Shown here: positions 30,001-45,000 of the stretch, piece after piece
Numbering within the stretch: the stretch's first letter is position 1
How the letters are laid out: each line of letters begins with the position of its first letter
DNA from: Squalus acanthias
Lineage: Eukaryota
Assembly (NCBI GenBank): GCA_030390025.1
Contig: CM059438.1
Location: forward strand, 57,166,001 to 57,230,000
Length of the DNA: 64,000 nucleotides
Reading direction: 5' to 3'
Notes under the pieces: generated by a model
Told to the model about the DNA's origin: nothing
The model's database searches: none
Seen by the model: only the letters and a program-made list of their open reading frames with translations
Program-made: the position numbers and the translations under genes

Positions 30001-33000
30001 GTGTTTAATCCCACTATAAATGAGTGTGACAGCAGTGTGTTTAATCCCATTATAAATGAGTGTGACAGCTGTGTGTTTAATCCCATTATAAATGAGTGTG
30101 ACAGCAGTGTGTTTAATCCCACTATAAATGAGTGTGACAGCTGTGTGTTTAATCCCATTATAAATGAGTGTGACAGCAGTGTGTTTAATCGAAGTATAAA
30201 TGAGTGTGACAGCAGTGTGTTTAATCCCACTATAAATGAGTGTGACAGCTGTGTGTTTAATCCCATTATAAATGAGTGTGACAGCTGTGTGTTTAATCCC
30301 ACTATAAATGAGTGTGACAGCAGTGTGTTTAATCAAAGTATAAATGAGTGTTTTAGCTGTGTGTTTAATCCCACTATAAATGAGTGTGACAGCAGTGTGT
30401 TTAATCCCAGTATAAATGAGTGAGACAGCAGTGTGTTTAATCGAACTATAAATGAGTGTGACAGCAGTGTGTTTAATCCCACTATAAATGAGTGTGACAG
30501 CAGTGTGTTTAATCCCACTATAAATGAGTGTGACAGCAGTGTGTTTAATCGAAGTATAAATGAGTGTTTCAGCTGTGTGTTTAATCCCACTATAAATGAG
30601 TGTGACAGCAGTGTGTTTAATCCCAGTATAAATGAGTGCGACAGCAGTGTGTTTAATCCCACTATAAATGAGTGTGACAGCAGTGAGCTTAATCCCACTA
30701 TAAATGAGTGTGACAGCAGTGTGTTTAATCGAACTATAAATGAGTGTGACAGCAGTGTGTTTAATCCCACTACAAATGAGTGTGACAGCAGTGTGTTTAA
30801 TCCCACTATAAATGAGTGTGACAGCAGTGTGTTTAATCCCACTATAAATGAGTGTGACAGCAGTGTGTTTAATCCCACTATAAATGAGTGTGACAGCAGT
30901 GTGTTTAATCCCACTATAAATGAGTGTGACAGCAGTGTGTTTATTCCCACTATAAATGAGTGTGACAGCAGTGTGTTTAATCCCACTACAAATGAGTGTG
31001 ACAGCAGTGTGTTTATTCCCAGTATAAATGAGTGTGACAGCAGTGTGCTTAATACTACTATGAATGAGTGTGACAGCAGTGTGTTCAATTGAACTATAAA
31101 TGAGTGTGACAGCAGTGTGTTTAATCCCACTATAAATGAGTGTGACAGCAGTGTGTTTAATCCCACTGTAAATGAGTGTGACAGCAGTGTGTTTAATCCC
31201 ATTCTAAATGAGTGTGACAGCAGTGTGTTTAATCCCACTATAAATGAGTATGACAGCAGTGTGTTAATCCCACTATAAATGAGTGTGACAGCAGTGTGTT
31301 TAATCCCACTATAAATGAGTGTGACAGCAGTGTGTTTAATCCCACTATAAATGAGTGTGACAGCAGTGTGTTTAATCGCACTATAAATGAGTGTGACAGC
31401 AGTGTGTTTAATCCCACTATAAATGAGTGTGACAGCAGTGTGTTTAATCCCACTATAAATGAGTGTGACAGCAGTGTGTTTAATCCCATTCTAAATGAGT
31501 GTGACAGCAGTGTGTTTAATCCCACTATAAATGAGTGTGACAGCAGTGTGTTTAATCCCACTATAAATGAGTGTGACAGCAGTGTGTTTAATCCCACTAT
31601 AAATGAGTGTGACAGCAGTGTGTTTAATCCCACTATAAATGAGTGTGACAGCAGTGTGTTTAATCGCACTATAAATGAGTGTGACAGCAGTGTGTTTAAT
31701 CCCACTATAAATGAGTGTGACAGCAGTGTGTTTAATCCCACTATAAATGAGTGTGACAGCAGTGTGTTTAATCAAACTATAAATGAGTGTGACAGCAGTG
31801 TGTTTGATCCCACTATAAATGAGTGTGACAGCAGTGTATTCAATCCTGCTATAAATAAGTGTGACAGCAGTGTGTTTAATCAAACTATAAATGAGTGTGA
31901 CAGCTGTGTGTTCAATCCCGCTATAAATGAGTGTGACAGCTGTGTGTTTAATCCCATTATAAATGAGTGTGACAGCTGTGTGTTTAATCCCATTATAAAT
32001 GAGTGTGACAGCAGTGTGTTTAATCCCTTAATATATGAGTGTGACAGCTGTGTGTTTAATCCCATTATAAATGAGTGTGACAGCAGTGTGTTTAATCGAA
32101 GTATAAATGAGTGTGACAGCAGTGTGTTTAATCCCATTATAAATGAGTGTGACAGCTGTGTGTTGAATCCCACTATAAATGAGTGTGACAGCAGTGTGTT
32201 TAATCCCACTATAAATGAGTGTGACAGCTGTGTGTTTAATCCCACTATAAATGAGTGTGACAGCAGTGTGTTTAATCGAAGTATAAATGAGTGTGACAGC
32301 AGTGTGTTTAATCCCACTATAAATGAGTGTGACAGCAGTGTGTTTAATCCAGTATAAATGAGTGTGACAGCAGTGTGTTTAATCCCACTATAAATGAGTG
32401 TGACAGCAGTGTGTTTAATCGAACTATAAATGAGTGTGACAGCAGTGTGTTTAATCCCACTATAAGTGAGTGTGACAGCAGTGTGTTTAATCCCACTATA
32501 AATGAGTGTGACAGCAGTGTGTTTAATCCCACTATAAATGAGTGTGACAGCAGTGTGTTTAATCCCACTATAAATGAGTGTGACAGCAGTGTGTTTAATC
32601 CCACTATAAATGAGTGTGACAGCAGTGTGTTTAATCCCACTATAAATGAGTGTGACAGCAGTGTGTTTAATCCCACTATAAATGAGTGTGACAGCAGTGT
32701 GTTTAATCCCACTATAAATGAGTGTGACAGCAGTGTGTTTAATCGAACTATAAATGAGTGTGACAGCAGTGTGTTTAATCCCACTATAAATGAGTGTGAC
32801 AGCAGTGTGTTTAATCCCACTATAAATGAGTGTGACAGCAGTGTGTTTAATCCCACTATAAATGAGTGTGACAGCAGTGTGTTTAATCCCACTATAAATG
32901 AGTGTGACAGCAGTGTGTTTAATCCCACTATAAATGAGTGTGACAGCAGTGTGTTTAATCCCACTATAAATGAGTGTGACAGCAGTGTGTTTAATCCCAC

Positions 33001-36000
33001 TATAAATGAGTGTGACAGCAGTGTGTTTAATCCCACTATAAATGAGTGTGACAGCAGTGTGTTTAATCCCACTATAAATGAGTGTGACAGCAGTGTGTTT
33101 AATCCCACTATAAATGAGTGTGACAGCAGTGTGTTTATCCCAGTATAAATGAGTGTGACAGCAGTGTGTTTAATCCACTATAATGAGTGTGACAGCAGTG
33201 TGTTTAATCCCACTATAAATGAGTGTGACAGCAGTGTGTTTAATCCCACTATAAATGAGTGTGACAGCAGTGTGTTTAATCCCACTGTAAATGAGTGTGA
33301 CAGCAGTGTGTTTAATCCCATTCTAAATGAGTGTGACAGCAGTGTGTTTAATCCCACTATAAATGAGTGTGACAGCAGTGTGTCTAATCCCACTATAAAT
33401 GAGTGTGACAGCAGTGTGTTTAATCCCACTATAAATGAGTGTGACAGCAGTGTGTTTAATCCCACTATAAGTGAGTGTGACAGCAGTGTGTTTAATCGCA
33501 CTATAAATGATTGTGACAGCAGTGTGTTTAATCCCACTGTAAATGAGTGTGACAGCAGTGTGTTTAATCCCACTATAAATGAGTGTGACAGCAGTGTGTT
33601 TAATCAAACTATAAATGAGTGTGACAGCAGTGTGTTTGATCCCACTATAAATGAGTGTGACAGCAGTGTATTCAATCCCGCTATAAATGAGTGTGACAGC
33701 AGTGTGTTTAATCAAACTATAAATGAGTGTGACAGCTGTGTGTTCAATCCCGCTATAAATGAGTGTGACAGCTGTGTGTTTAATCCCATTATAAATGAGT
33801 GTGACAGCTGTGTGTTTAATCCCATTATAAATGAGTGTGACAGCAGTGTGTTTAATCCCTTAATATATGAGTGTGACAGCTGTGTGTTTAATCCCATTAT
33901 AAATGAGTGTGACAGCAGTGTGTTTAATCGAAGTATAAATGAGTGTGACAGCAGTGTGTTTAATCCCACTATAAATGAGTGTGACAGCAGTGTGTTTAAT
34001 CCCACTATAAATGAGTGTGACAGCAGTGTGTTTAATCCCACTATAAATGAGTGTGACAGCTGTGTGTTTAATCCCACTATAAATGAGTGTGACAGCAGTG
34101 TGTTTAATCAACTATAAATGAGTGTGACAGCTGTGTGTTTAATCCAAGTATAAATGAGTGTGACAGCAGTGTGTTTAATCCCACTATAAATGAGTGTGAC
34201 AGCAGTGTGTTTAATCGAACTATAAATGAGTGTGACAGCAGTGTGTTTAATCCCACTATAAATGAGTGTGACAGCAGTGTGTTTAATCCCACTATAAATG
34301 AGTGTGACAGCAGTGTGTTTAATCCCACTATAAATGAGTGTGACAGCAGTGTGTTTAATCCCACTATAAATGAGTGTGACAGCAGTGTGTTTAATCCACT
34401 ATAAATGAGTGTGACAGCAGTGTGTTTAATCCCACTATAAATGAGTGTGACAGCAGTGTGTTTAATCCCACTATAAATGAGTGTGACAGCAGTGTGTTTA
34501 ATCCACTATAAATGAGTGTGACAGCAGTGTGTTTAATCCCACTATAAATGAGTGTGACAGCAGTGTGTTTAATCCCACTATAAATGAGTGTGACAGCAGT
34601 GTGTTTAATCCCACTATAAATGAGTGTGACAGCAGTGTGTTTAATCCCACTATAAATGAGTGTGACAGCAGTGTGTTTAATCCCACTATAAATGAGTGTG
34701 ACAGCAGTGTGTTTAATCCCACTATAAATGAGTGTGACAGCAGTGTGTTTAATCCCACTATAAATGAGTGTGACAGCAGTGTGTTTAATCCCACTATAAA
34801 TGAGTGTGACAGCAGTGTGTTTAATCCCACTATAAATGAGTGTGACAGCAGTGTGTTTAATCCACTATAAATGAGTGTGACAGCAGTGTGTTTAATCCCA
34901 CTATAAATGAGTGTGACAGCAGTGTGTTTAATCCCACTATAAATGAGTGTGACAGCAGTGTGTTTAATCCACTATAAATGAGTGTGACAGCAGTGTGTTT
35001 AATCCCACTATAAATGAGTGTGACAGCAGTGTGTTTAATCCACTATAAATGAGTGTGACAGCAGTGTGTTTAATCCCACTATAAATGAGTGTGACAGCAG
35101 TGTGTTTAATCCACTATAAATGAGTGTGACAGCAGTGTGTTTAATCCCACTATAAATGAGTGTGACAGCAGTGTGTTTAATCCCACTATAAATGAGTGTG
35201 ACAGCAGTGTGTTTAATCCCACTATAAATGAGTGTGACAGCAGTGTGTTTAATCCACTATAAATGAGTGTGACAGCAGTGTGTTTAATCCCACTATAAAT
35301 GAGTGTGACAGCAGTGTGTTTAATCCCACTATAAATGAGTGTGACAGCAGTGTGTTTAATCCCACTATAAATGAGTGTGACAGCAGTGTGTTTAATCCCA
35401 CTATAAATGAGTGTGACAGCAGTGTGTTTAATCCCACTATAAATGAGTGTGACAGCAGTGTGTTTAATCCACTATAAATGAGTGTGACAGCAGTGTGTTT
35501 AATCCCACTATAAATGAGTGTGACAGCAGTGTGTTTAATCCCACTATAAATGAGTGTGACAGCAGTGTGTTTAATCCCACTATAAATGAGTGTGACAGCA
35601 GTGTGTTTAATCCCACTATAAATGAGTGTGACAGCAGTGTGTTTAATCCCATTATAAATGAGTGTGACAGCAGTGTGTTTAATCCACTATAAATGAGTGT
35701 GACAGCAGTGTGTTTAATCCCACTATAAATGAGTGTGACAGCAGTGTGTTTAATCCCACTATAAATGAGTGTGACAGCAGTGTGTTTAATCCCACTATAA
35801 ATGAGTGTGACAGCTGTGTGTTTAATCCCACTATAAATGAGTGTGACAGCAGTGTGTTTAATCCCACTATAAATGAGTGTGACAGCTGTGTGTTTAATCC
35901 CACTATAAATGAGTGTGACAGCTGTGTGTTTAATCCCACTATAAATGAGTGTGACAGCAGTGTGTTTAATCCACTATAAATGAGTGTGACAGCAGTGTGT

Positions 36001-39000
36001 TTAATCCCACTATAAATGAGTGTGACAGCAGTGTGTTTAATCCCACTATAAATGAGTGTGACAGCAGTGTGTTTAATCCCACTATAAATGAGTGTGACAG
36101 CAGTGTGTTTAATCCCACTATAAATGAGTGTGACAGCAGTGTGTTTAATCGAACTATAAATGAGTGTGACAGCAGTGTGTTTAATCCCACTATAAATGAG
36201 TGTGACAGCAGTGTGTTTAATCCCACTATAAATGAGTGTGACAGCAGTGTGTTTAATCCCACTATAAATGAGTGTGACAGCAGTGTGTTTAATCCCACTA
36301 TAAATGAGTGTGACAGCAGTGTGTTTAATCCACTATAAATGAGTGTGACAGCAGTGTGTTTAATCCCACTATAAATGAGTGTGACAGCAGTGTGTTTAAT
36401 CGAACTATAAATGAGTGTGACAGCAGTGTGTTTAATCCCACTATAAATGAGTGTGACAGCAGTGTGTTTAATCCCACTATAAATGAGTGTGACAGCAGTG
36501 TGTTTAATCCCACTATAAATGAGTGTGACAGCAGTGTGTTTAATCCCACTATAAATGAGTGTGACAGCAGTGTGTTTAATCCCACTATAAATGAGTGTGA
36601 CAGCAGTGTGTTTAATCCCACTATAAATGAGTGTGACAGCAGTGTGTTTAATCCCACTATAAATGAGTGTGACAGCAGTGTGTTTAATCCCACTATAAAT
36701 GAGTGTGACAGCAGTGTGTTTAATCCACTATAAATGAGTGTGACAGCAGTGTGTTTAATCCCACTATAAATGAGTGTGACAGCAGTGTGTTTAATCCCAC
36801 TATAAATGAGTGTGACAGCAGTGTGTTTAATCCCACTATAAATGAGTGTGACAGCAGTGTGTTTAATCCCACTATAAATGAGTGTGACAGCAGTGTGTTT
36901 AATCCACTATAAATGAGTGTGACAGCAGTGTGTTTAATCCCACTATAAATGAGTGTGACAGCAGTGTGTTTAATCCCACTATAAATGAGTGTGACAGCAG
37001 TGTGTTTAATCCCACTATAAATGAGTGTGACAGCTGTGTGTTTAATCCCACTATAAATGAGTGTGACAGCAGTGTGTTTAATCCCACTATAAATGAGTGT
37101 GACAGCAGTGTGTTTAATCCCACTATAAATGAGTGTGACAGCAGTGTGTTTAATCCCACTATAAATGAGTGTGACAGCAGTGTGTTTAATCCCACTATAA
37201 ATGAGTGTGACAGCAGTGTGTTTAATCCCACTATAAATGAGTGTGACAGCAGTGTGTTTAATCCCACTATAAATGAGTGTGACAGCAGTGTGTTTAATCC
37301 CACTATAAATGAGTGTGACAGCAGTGTGTTTAATCCCATATAAATGAGTGTGACAGCAGTGTGTTTAATCCCACTATAAATGAGTGTGACAGCAGTGTGT
37401 TTAATCCCAGTATAAATGAGTGTGACAGCAGTGTGTTTAATCCCACTATAAATGAGTGTGACAGCTGTGTGTTTAATCCCACTATAAATGAGTGTGACAG
37501 CTGTGTGTTTAATCCACTATAAATGAGTGTGACAGCAGTGTGTTTAATCCCACTATAAATGAGTGTGACAGCAGTGTGTTTAATCGAACTATAAATGAGT
37601 GTGACAGCAGTGTGTTTAATCCCACTATAAATGAGTGTGACAGCAGTGTGTTTAATCCACTATAAATGAGTGTGACAGCAGTGTGTTTAATCCACTATAA
37701 ATGAGTGTGACAGCAGTGTGTTTAATCGAACTATAAATGAGTGTGACAGCAGTGTGTTTAATCCCACTATAAATGAGTGTGACAGCAGTGTGTTTAATCC
37801 CACTATAAATGAGTGTGACAGCTGTGTGTTTAATCGAACTATAAATGAGTGTGACAGCAGTGTGTTTAATCGAACTATAAATGAGTGTGACAGCAATGTG
37901 TTTAATCCCACTATAAATGAGTGTGACAGCAGTGTGTTTAATCGAACTATAAATGAGTGTGACAGCAGTGTGTTTAATCCCACTATAAATGAGTGTGACA
38001 GCAGTGTGTTTAATCCCAGTATAAATGAGTGTGACAGCAGTGTGTTTAATCGAACTATAAATGAGTGTGACAGCAGTGTGTTTAATCCCACTATAAATGA
38101 GTGTGACAGCAGTGTGTTTAATCCACTATAAATGAGTGTGACAGCAGTGTGTTTAATCCCAGTATAAATGAGTGTGACAGCAGTGTGTTTAATCCCACTA
38201 TAAATGAGTGTGACAGCAGTGTGTTTAATCCCACTATAAATGAGTGTGACAGCAGTGTGTTTAATCCCACTATAAATGAGTGTGACAGCTGTGTGTTTAA
38301 TCCCACTATAAATGAGTGTGACAGCAGTGTGTTTAATCGAACTATAAATGAGTGTGACAGCAGTGTGTTTAATCCCATTATAAATGAGTGTGACAGCAGT
38401 GTGTTTAATCCCATTATAAATGAGTGTGACAGCAGTGTGTTTAATCCCACTATAAATGAGTGTGACAGCAGTGTGTTTAATCCCATTATAAATGAGTGTG
38501 ACAGCAGTGTTTTTAATCAAACTATAAATGAGTGTGACAGCAGTGTGTTTAATCGAACTAAAAATGAGTGTGACAGCAGTGTGTTTAATCCCACTATAAA
38601 TGAGTGTGACAGCAGTGTGTTTAATCCCAGTATAAATGAGTGTGACAGCAGTGTGTTTAATCCCACTATAAATGAGTGTGACAGCAGTGTGTTTAATCAC
38701 AATATAAATGAGCGTGACAGCAGTGTGATTAATCCCAGTATAAATGAGTGTGACAGCAGTGAGTTTAATCGAACTGAAAATGAGTGTGACAGCTGTGTGT
38801 TTAATCCCACTATAAATGAGTGTGACAGCAGTATGTTTAATCCTTCTATAAATGAGTGTGACAGCTGTGTGTTTAATCGAACTATAAATGAGTGTGACAG
38901 CTGTGTGTTTAATCCCACTATAAATGAGTGTGACAGCAGTGTGTTTAATCCCACTATAAATGAGTGTGACAGCAGTGTGTTTAATCCCACTATAAATGAG

Positions 39001-42000
39001 TGTGACAGCAGTGTGTTTAATCCCACTATAAATGAGTGTGACAGCAGTGTGTTTAATCCCATTATAAATGAGTGTGACAGCAGTGTGTTTAATCCCACTA
39101 TAAATGAGTGTGACAGCAGTGTGTTTAATCCACTATAAATGAGTGTGACAGCAGTGTGTTTAATCCCAGTATAAATGAGTGTGACAGCAGTGTGTTTAAT
39201 CCCACTATAAATGAGTGTGACAGCAGTGTGTTTAATCATAATATAAATGAGCGTGACAGCAGTGTGTTTAATCCCAGTATAAATGAGTGTGACAGCAGTG
39301 TGTTTAATCCCACTATAAATGAGTGTGACAGCAGTGTGTTTAATCCCACTATAAATGAGTGTGACAGCTGTGTGTTTAATCCCACTATAAATGAGTGTGA
39401 CAGCAGTGTGTTTAATCCCAGTATAAATGAGTGTGACAGCAGTGTGTTTAATCCCAGTATAAATGAGTGTGACAGCAGTGTGTTTAATCCCACTATAAAT
39501 GAGTGTGACAGCTGTGTGTTTAATCCCACTATAAATTAGTGTGACAGCTGTGTGTTTACTCCCACTATAAATGAGTGTGACAGCAGTGTGTTTAATCGAA
39601 CTAAAAATGAGTGTGACAGCAGTGTGTTTAATCCCACTATAAATGAGTGTGACAGCAGTGTGTTTAATCCCACTATAAATGAGTGTGACAGCAGTGTGTT
39701 TAATCAAACTAAAAATGAGTGTCATAAATCGCAAGTAACAACTCAGGAAGTACTACTGGGCGGCCAGCTGGGGCGCCATCCAGGGAGTATAAATACTCAG
39801 GCATGGGCCCACCTTGGGCAGAGACAATCTGGAAACAGGAAGCCAGTGACTGCTAACTAGACCTCCATGTTTTGTTACAAGTTGATTAAAGCCTTGCTTT
39901 CTGTTCAAGTGCGTAGTGAGTCTTTATTACGTCAATGAGTGTGACAGCTGTGTGTTTAATCCCACTATAAATGAGTGTGACAGCTGTGTGTTTAATCGAA
40001 CTATAAATGAGTGTGACAGCAGTGTGTTTAATCCCAGTATAAATGAGTGTGACAGCAGTGTGTTTAATCCCATTATAAATGAGTGTGACAGCTGTGTGTT
40101 TAATCGAACTATAAATGAGTGTGACAGCAGTGTGTTTAATCCCATTATAATTGAGTGTGACAGCAGTGTGTTTAATCGAACTATAAATGAGTGTGACAGC
40201 TGTGTGTTTAATCCCACTATAAATGAGTGTGACAGCAGTGTGTTTAATCCCACTATAAATGAGTGTGACAGCAGTGTGTTTAATCCCACTATAAATGAGT
40301 GTGACAGCAGTGTGTTTAATCCCACTATAAATGAGTGTGACAGCAGTGTGTTTAATCCCACTATATATGAGTGTGACAGCTGTGTGTTTAATCGAAGTAT
40401 AAATGAGTGTGACAGCAGTGTGTTTAATCCCACTATAAATGAGTGTGACAGCAGTGTGTTTAATCCCACTATAAATGAGTGTGACAGCTGTGTGTTTAAT
40501 CCCACTATAAATGAGTGTGACAGCAGTGTGTTTAATCCCAGTATAAATGAGTGTGACAGCAGTGTGTTTAATCAACTATAAATGAGTGTGACAGCAGTGT
40601 GTTTAATCCCACTATAAATGAGTGTGACAGCAGTGTGTTTAATCCACTATAAATGAGTGTGACAGCAGTGTGTTTAATCCCACTATAAATGAGTGTGACA
40701 GCAGTGTGTTTAATCCCACTATAAATGAGTGTGACAGCTGTGTGTTTAATCCCATTATAAATGAGTGTGACAGCAGTGTGTTTAATCCCACTATAAATGA
40801 GTGTGACAGCAGTGTGTTTAATCCCACTATAAATGAGTGTGACAGCAGTGTGTTTAATCCCACTATAAATGAGTGTGACAGCAGTGTGTTTAATCCCACT
40901 ATAAATGAGTGTGACAGCTGTGTGTTTAATCCCATTATAAATGAGTGTGACAGCAGTGTGTTTAATCCCACTATAAATGAGTGTGACAGCAGTGTGTTTA
41001 ATCCCACTATAAATGAGTGTGACAGCAGTGTGTTTAATCCCATTATAAATGAGTGTGACAGCAGTGTGTTTAATCCCATTATAAATGAGTGTGACAGCAG
41101 TGTGTTTAATCCCATTATAAATGAGTGTGACAGCTGTGTGTTTAATCCCATTATAAATGAGTGTGACAGCAGTGTGTTTAATCCCACTATAAATGAGTGT
41201 GACAGCAGTGTGTTTAATCCCACTATAAATGAGTGTGACAGCAGTGTGTTTAATCCCACTATAAATGAGTGTGACAGCAGTGTGTTTAATCGAACTATAA
41301 ATGAGTGTGACAGCAGTGTGTTTAATCCCATTATAAATGAGTGTGACAGCTGTGTGTTTAATCCCACTATAAATGAGTGTGACAGCAGTGTGTTTAATCC
41401 CATTATAAATGAGTGTGACAGCAGTGTGTTTAATCCCACTATAAATGAGTGTGACAGCAGTGTGTTTAATCCCACTATAAATGAGTGTGACAGCTGTGTG
41501 TTTAATCGAACTATAAATGAGTGTGACAGCAGTGTGTTTAATCCCATTATAAATGAGTGTGACAGCAGTGTGTTTAATCGAACTATAAATGAGTGTGACA
41601 GCAGTGTGTTTAATCCCACTATAAATGAGTGTGACAGCAGTGTGTTTAATCCCACTATAAATGAGTGTGACAGCAGTGTGTTTAATCGAACTAAAAATGA
41701 GTGTGACAGCAGTGTGTTTAATCCCACTATAAATGAGTGTGACAGCAGTGTGTTTAATCCCATTATAAATGAGTGTGACAGCAGTGTGTTTAATCCCATT
41801 ATAAATGAGTGTGACAGCAGTGTGTTTAATCCCACTATAAATGAGTGTGACAGCAGTGTGTTTAATCCACTATAAATGAGTGTGACAGCAGTGTGTTTAA
41901 TCCATTATAAATGAGTGTGACAGCAGTGTGTTTAATCCCACTATAAATGAGTGTGACAGCTGTGTGTTTAATCCCATTATAAATGAGTGTGACAGCAGTG

Positions 42001-45000
42001 TGTTTAATCCCACTATAAATGAGTGTGACAGCTGTGTGTTTAATCGAACTATAAATGAGTGTGACAGCAGTGTGTTTAATCCACTATAAATGAGTGTGAC
42101 AGCAGTGTGTTTAATCCCATTATAAATGAGTGTGACAGCAGTGTGTTTAATCGAACTATAAATGAGTGTGACAGCAGTGTGTTTAATCCCACTATAAATG
42201 AGTGTGACAGCAGTGTGTTTAATCCAACTATAAATGAGTGTGACAGCAGTGTGTTTAATCCCATTATAAATGAGTGTGACAGCAGTGTGTTTAATCGAAC
42301 TATAAATGAGTGTGACAGCAGTGTGTTTAATCGCACTATAAATGAGTGTGACAGCAGTGTGTTTAATCCCATTATAAATGAGTGTGACAGCAGTGTGTTT
42401 AATCGAACTATAAATGAGTGTGACAGCTGTGTGTTTAATCCCACTATAAATGAGTGTGACAGCAGTGTGTTTAATCCCATTATAAATGAGTGTGACAGCA
42501 GTGTGTTTAATCGAACTAAAAATGAGTGTGACAGCTGTGTGTTTAATCCCAGTATAAATGAGTGTGACAGCAGTGTGTTTAATCGAACTATAAATGAGTG
42601 TGACAGCAGTGTGTTTAATCCCAGTATAAATGAGTGTGACAGCAGTGTGTTTAATCCCATTATAAATGAGTGTGACAGCAGTGTGTTTAATCGAACTATA
42701 AATGAGTGTGACAGCAGTGTGTTTAATCCCATTATAAATGAGTGTGACAGCTGTGTGTTTAATCGAACTATAAATGAGTGTGACAGCAGTGTGTTTAATC
42801 CCATTATAAATGAGTGTGACAGCTGTGCGTTTAATCGAAGTTTAAATGAGTGTGACAGCAGTGTGTTTAATCCCACTATAAATGAGTGTGACAGCAGTGT
42901 GTTTAATTACATTATAAATAAGTGTGACAGCAGTGTGTTTAATCCCATTATAAATGAGTGTGACAGCAGTGTGTTTAATCGAAGTATAAATGAGTGTGAC
43001 AGCAGTGTGTTTAATCCCACTATAAATGAGTGTGACAGCAGTGTGTTTAATCCCACTATAAATGAGTGTGACAGCAGTGTGTTTAATCCCACTATAAATG
43101 AGTGTGACAGCAGTGTGTTTAATCCCACTATAAATGAGTGTGACAGCAGTGTGTTTAATCCCATTATAAATGAGTGTGACAGCTGTGTGTTTAATCCCAC
43201 TATAAATGAGTGTGACAGCAGTGTGTTTAATCGAAGTATAAATGAGTGTGACAGCAGTGTGTTTAATCCCACTATAAATGAGTGTGACAGCAGTGTGTTT
43301 AATCCCACTATAAATGAGTGTGACAGCAGTGTGTTTAATCCCACTATAAATGAGTGTGACAGCAGTGTGTTTAATCCCACTATAAATGAGTGTGACAGCA
43401 GTGTGTTTAATCCACTATAAATGAGTGTGACAGCAGTGTGTTTAATCCACTATAAATGAGTGTGACAGCAGTGTGTTTAATCCCACTATAAATGAGTGTG
43501 ACAGCAGTGTGTTTAATCGAACTATAAATGAGTGTGACAGCAGTGTGTTTAATCCCACTATAAATGAGTGTGACAGCAGTGTGTTTAATCGCACTATAAA
43601 TGAGTGTGACAGCAGTGTGTTTAATCCCACTATAAATGAGTGTGACAGCAGTGTGTTTAATCCCACTATAAATGAGTGTGACAGCAGTGTGTTTAATCCC
43701 ACTATAAATGAGTGTGACAGCTGTGTGTTTAATCCCATTATAAATGAGTGTGACAGCAGTGTGTTTAATCGAACTATAAATGAGTGTGACAGCAGTGTGT
43801 TTAATCCCACTATAAATGAGTGTGACAGCAGTGTGTTTAATCCCACTATAAATGAGTGTGACAGCAGTGTGTTTAATCGAACTATAAATGAGTGTGACAG
43901 CAGTGTGTTTAATCCCACTATAAATGAGTGTGACAGCAGTGTGTTTAATCGCACTATAAATGAGTGTGACAGCAGTGTGTTTAATCCCACTATAAATGAG
44001 TGTGACAGCTGTGTGTTTAATCCCACTATAAATGAGTGTGACAGCAGTGTGTTTAATCCGACTATAAATGAGTGTGACAGCAGTGTGTTTAATCGAACTA
44101 TAAATGAGTGTGACAGCAGTGTGTTTAATCCCACTATAAATGAGTGTGACAGCAGTGTGTTTAATCCCACTATAAATGAGTGTGACAGCAGTGTGTTTAA
44201 TCGAACTATAAATGAGTGTGACAGCAGTGTGTTTAATCCACTATAAATGAGTGTGACAGCAGTGTGTTTAATCCCACTATAAATGAGTGTGACAGCAGTG
44301 TGTTTAATCCCACTATAAATGAGTGTGACAGCAGTGTGTTTAATCCCACTATAAATGAGTGTGACAGCAGTGTGTTTAATCCCACTATAAATGAGTGTGA
44401 CAGCAGTGTGTTTAATCCCATTATAAATGAGTGTGACAGCAGTGTGTTTAATCCCACTATAAATGAGTGTGACAGCAGTGTGTTTAATCCCAGTATAAAT
44501 GAGTGTGACAGCAGTGTGTTTAATCCCACTATAAATGAGTGTGACAGCAGTGTGTTTAATCCCACTATAAATGAGTGTGACAGCAGTGTGTTTAATCCCA
44601 CTATAAATGAGTGTGACAGCAGTGTGTTTAATCCCACTATAAATGAGTGTGACAGCAGTGTGTTTAATCCCACTATAAATGAGTGTGACAGCAGTGTGTT
44701 TAATCCCACTATAAATGAGTGTGACAGCAGTGTGTTTAATCCCACTATAAATGAGTGTGACAGCAGTGTGTTTAATCGCACTATAAATGAGTGTGACAGC
44801 AGTGTGTTTAATCCCACTATAAATGAGTGTGACAGCAGTGTGTTTAATCCCACTATAAATGAGTGTGACAGCAGTGTGTTTAATCCCACTATAAATGAGT
44901 GTGACAGCAGTGTGTTTAATCCCACTATAAATGAGTGTGACAGCAGTGTGTTTAATCGAACTATAAATGAGTGTGACAGCAGTGTGTTTAATCCCACTAT

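Noticed and set aside
39884..39922. Loose resemblance of the LTR polyA region to lentiviral R-U5 sequence
   Set aside because: The similarity is short and gapped and is expected among LTR polyA regions. It does not support a family assignment.
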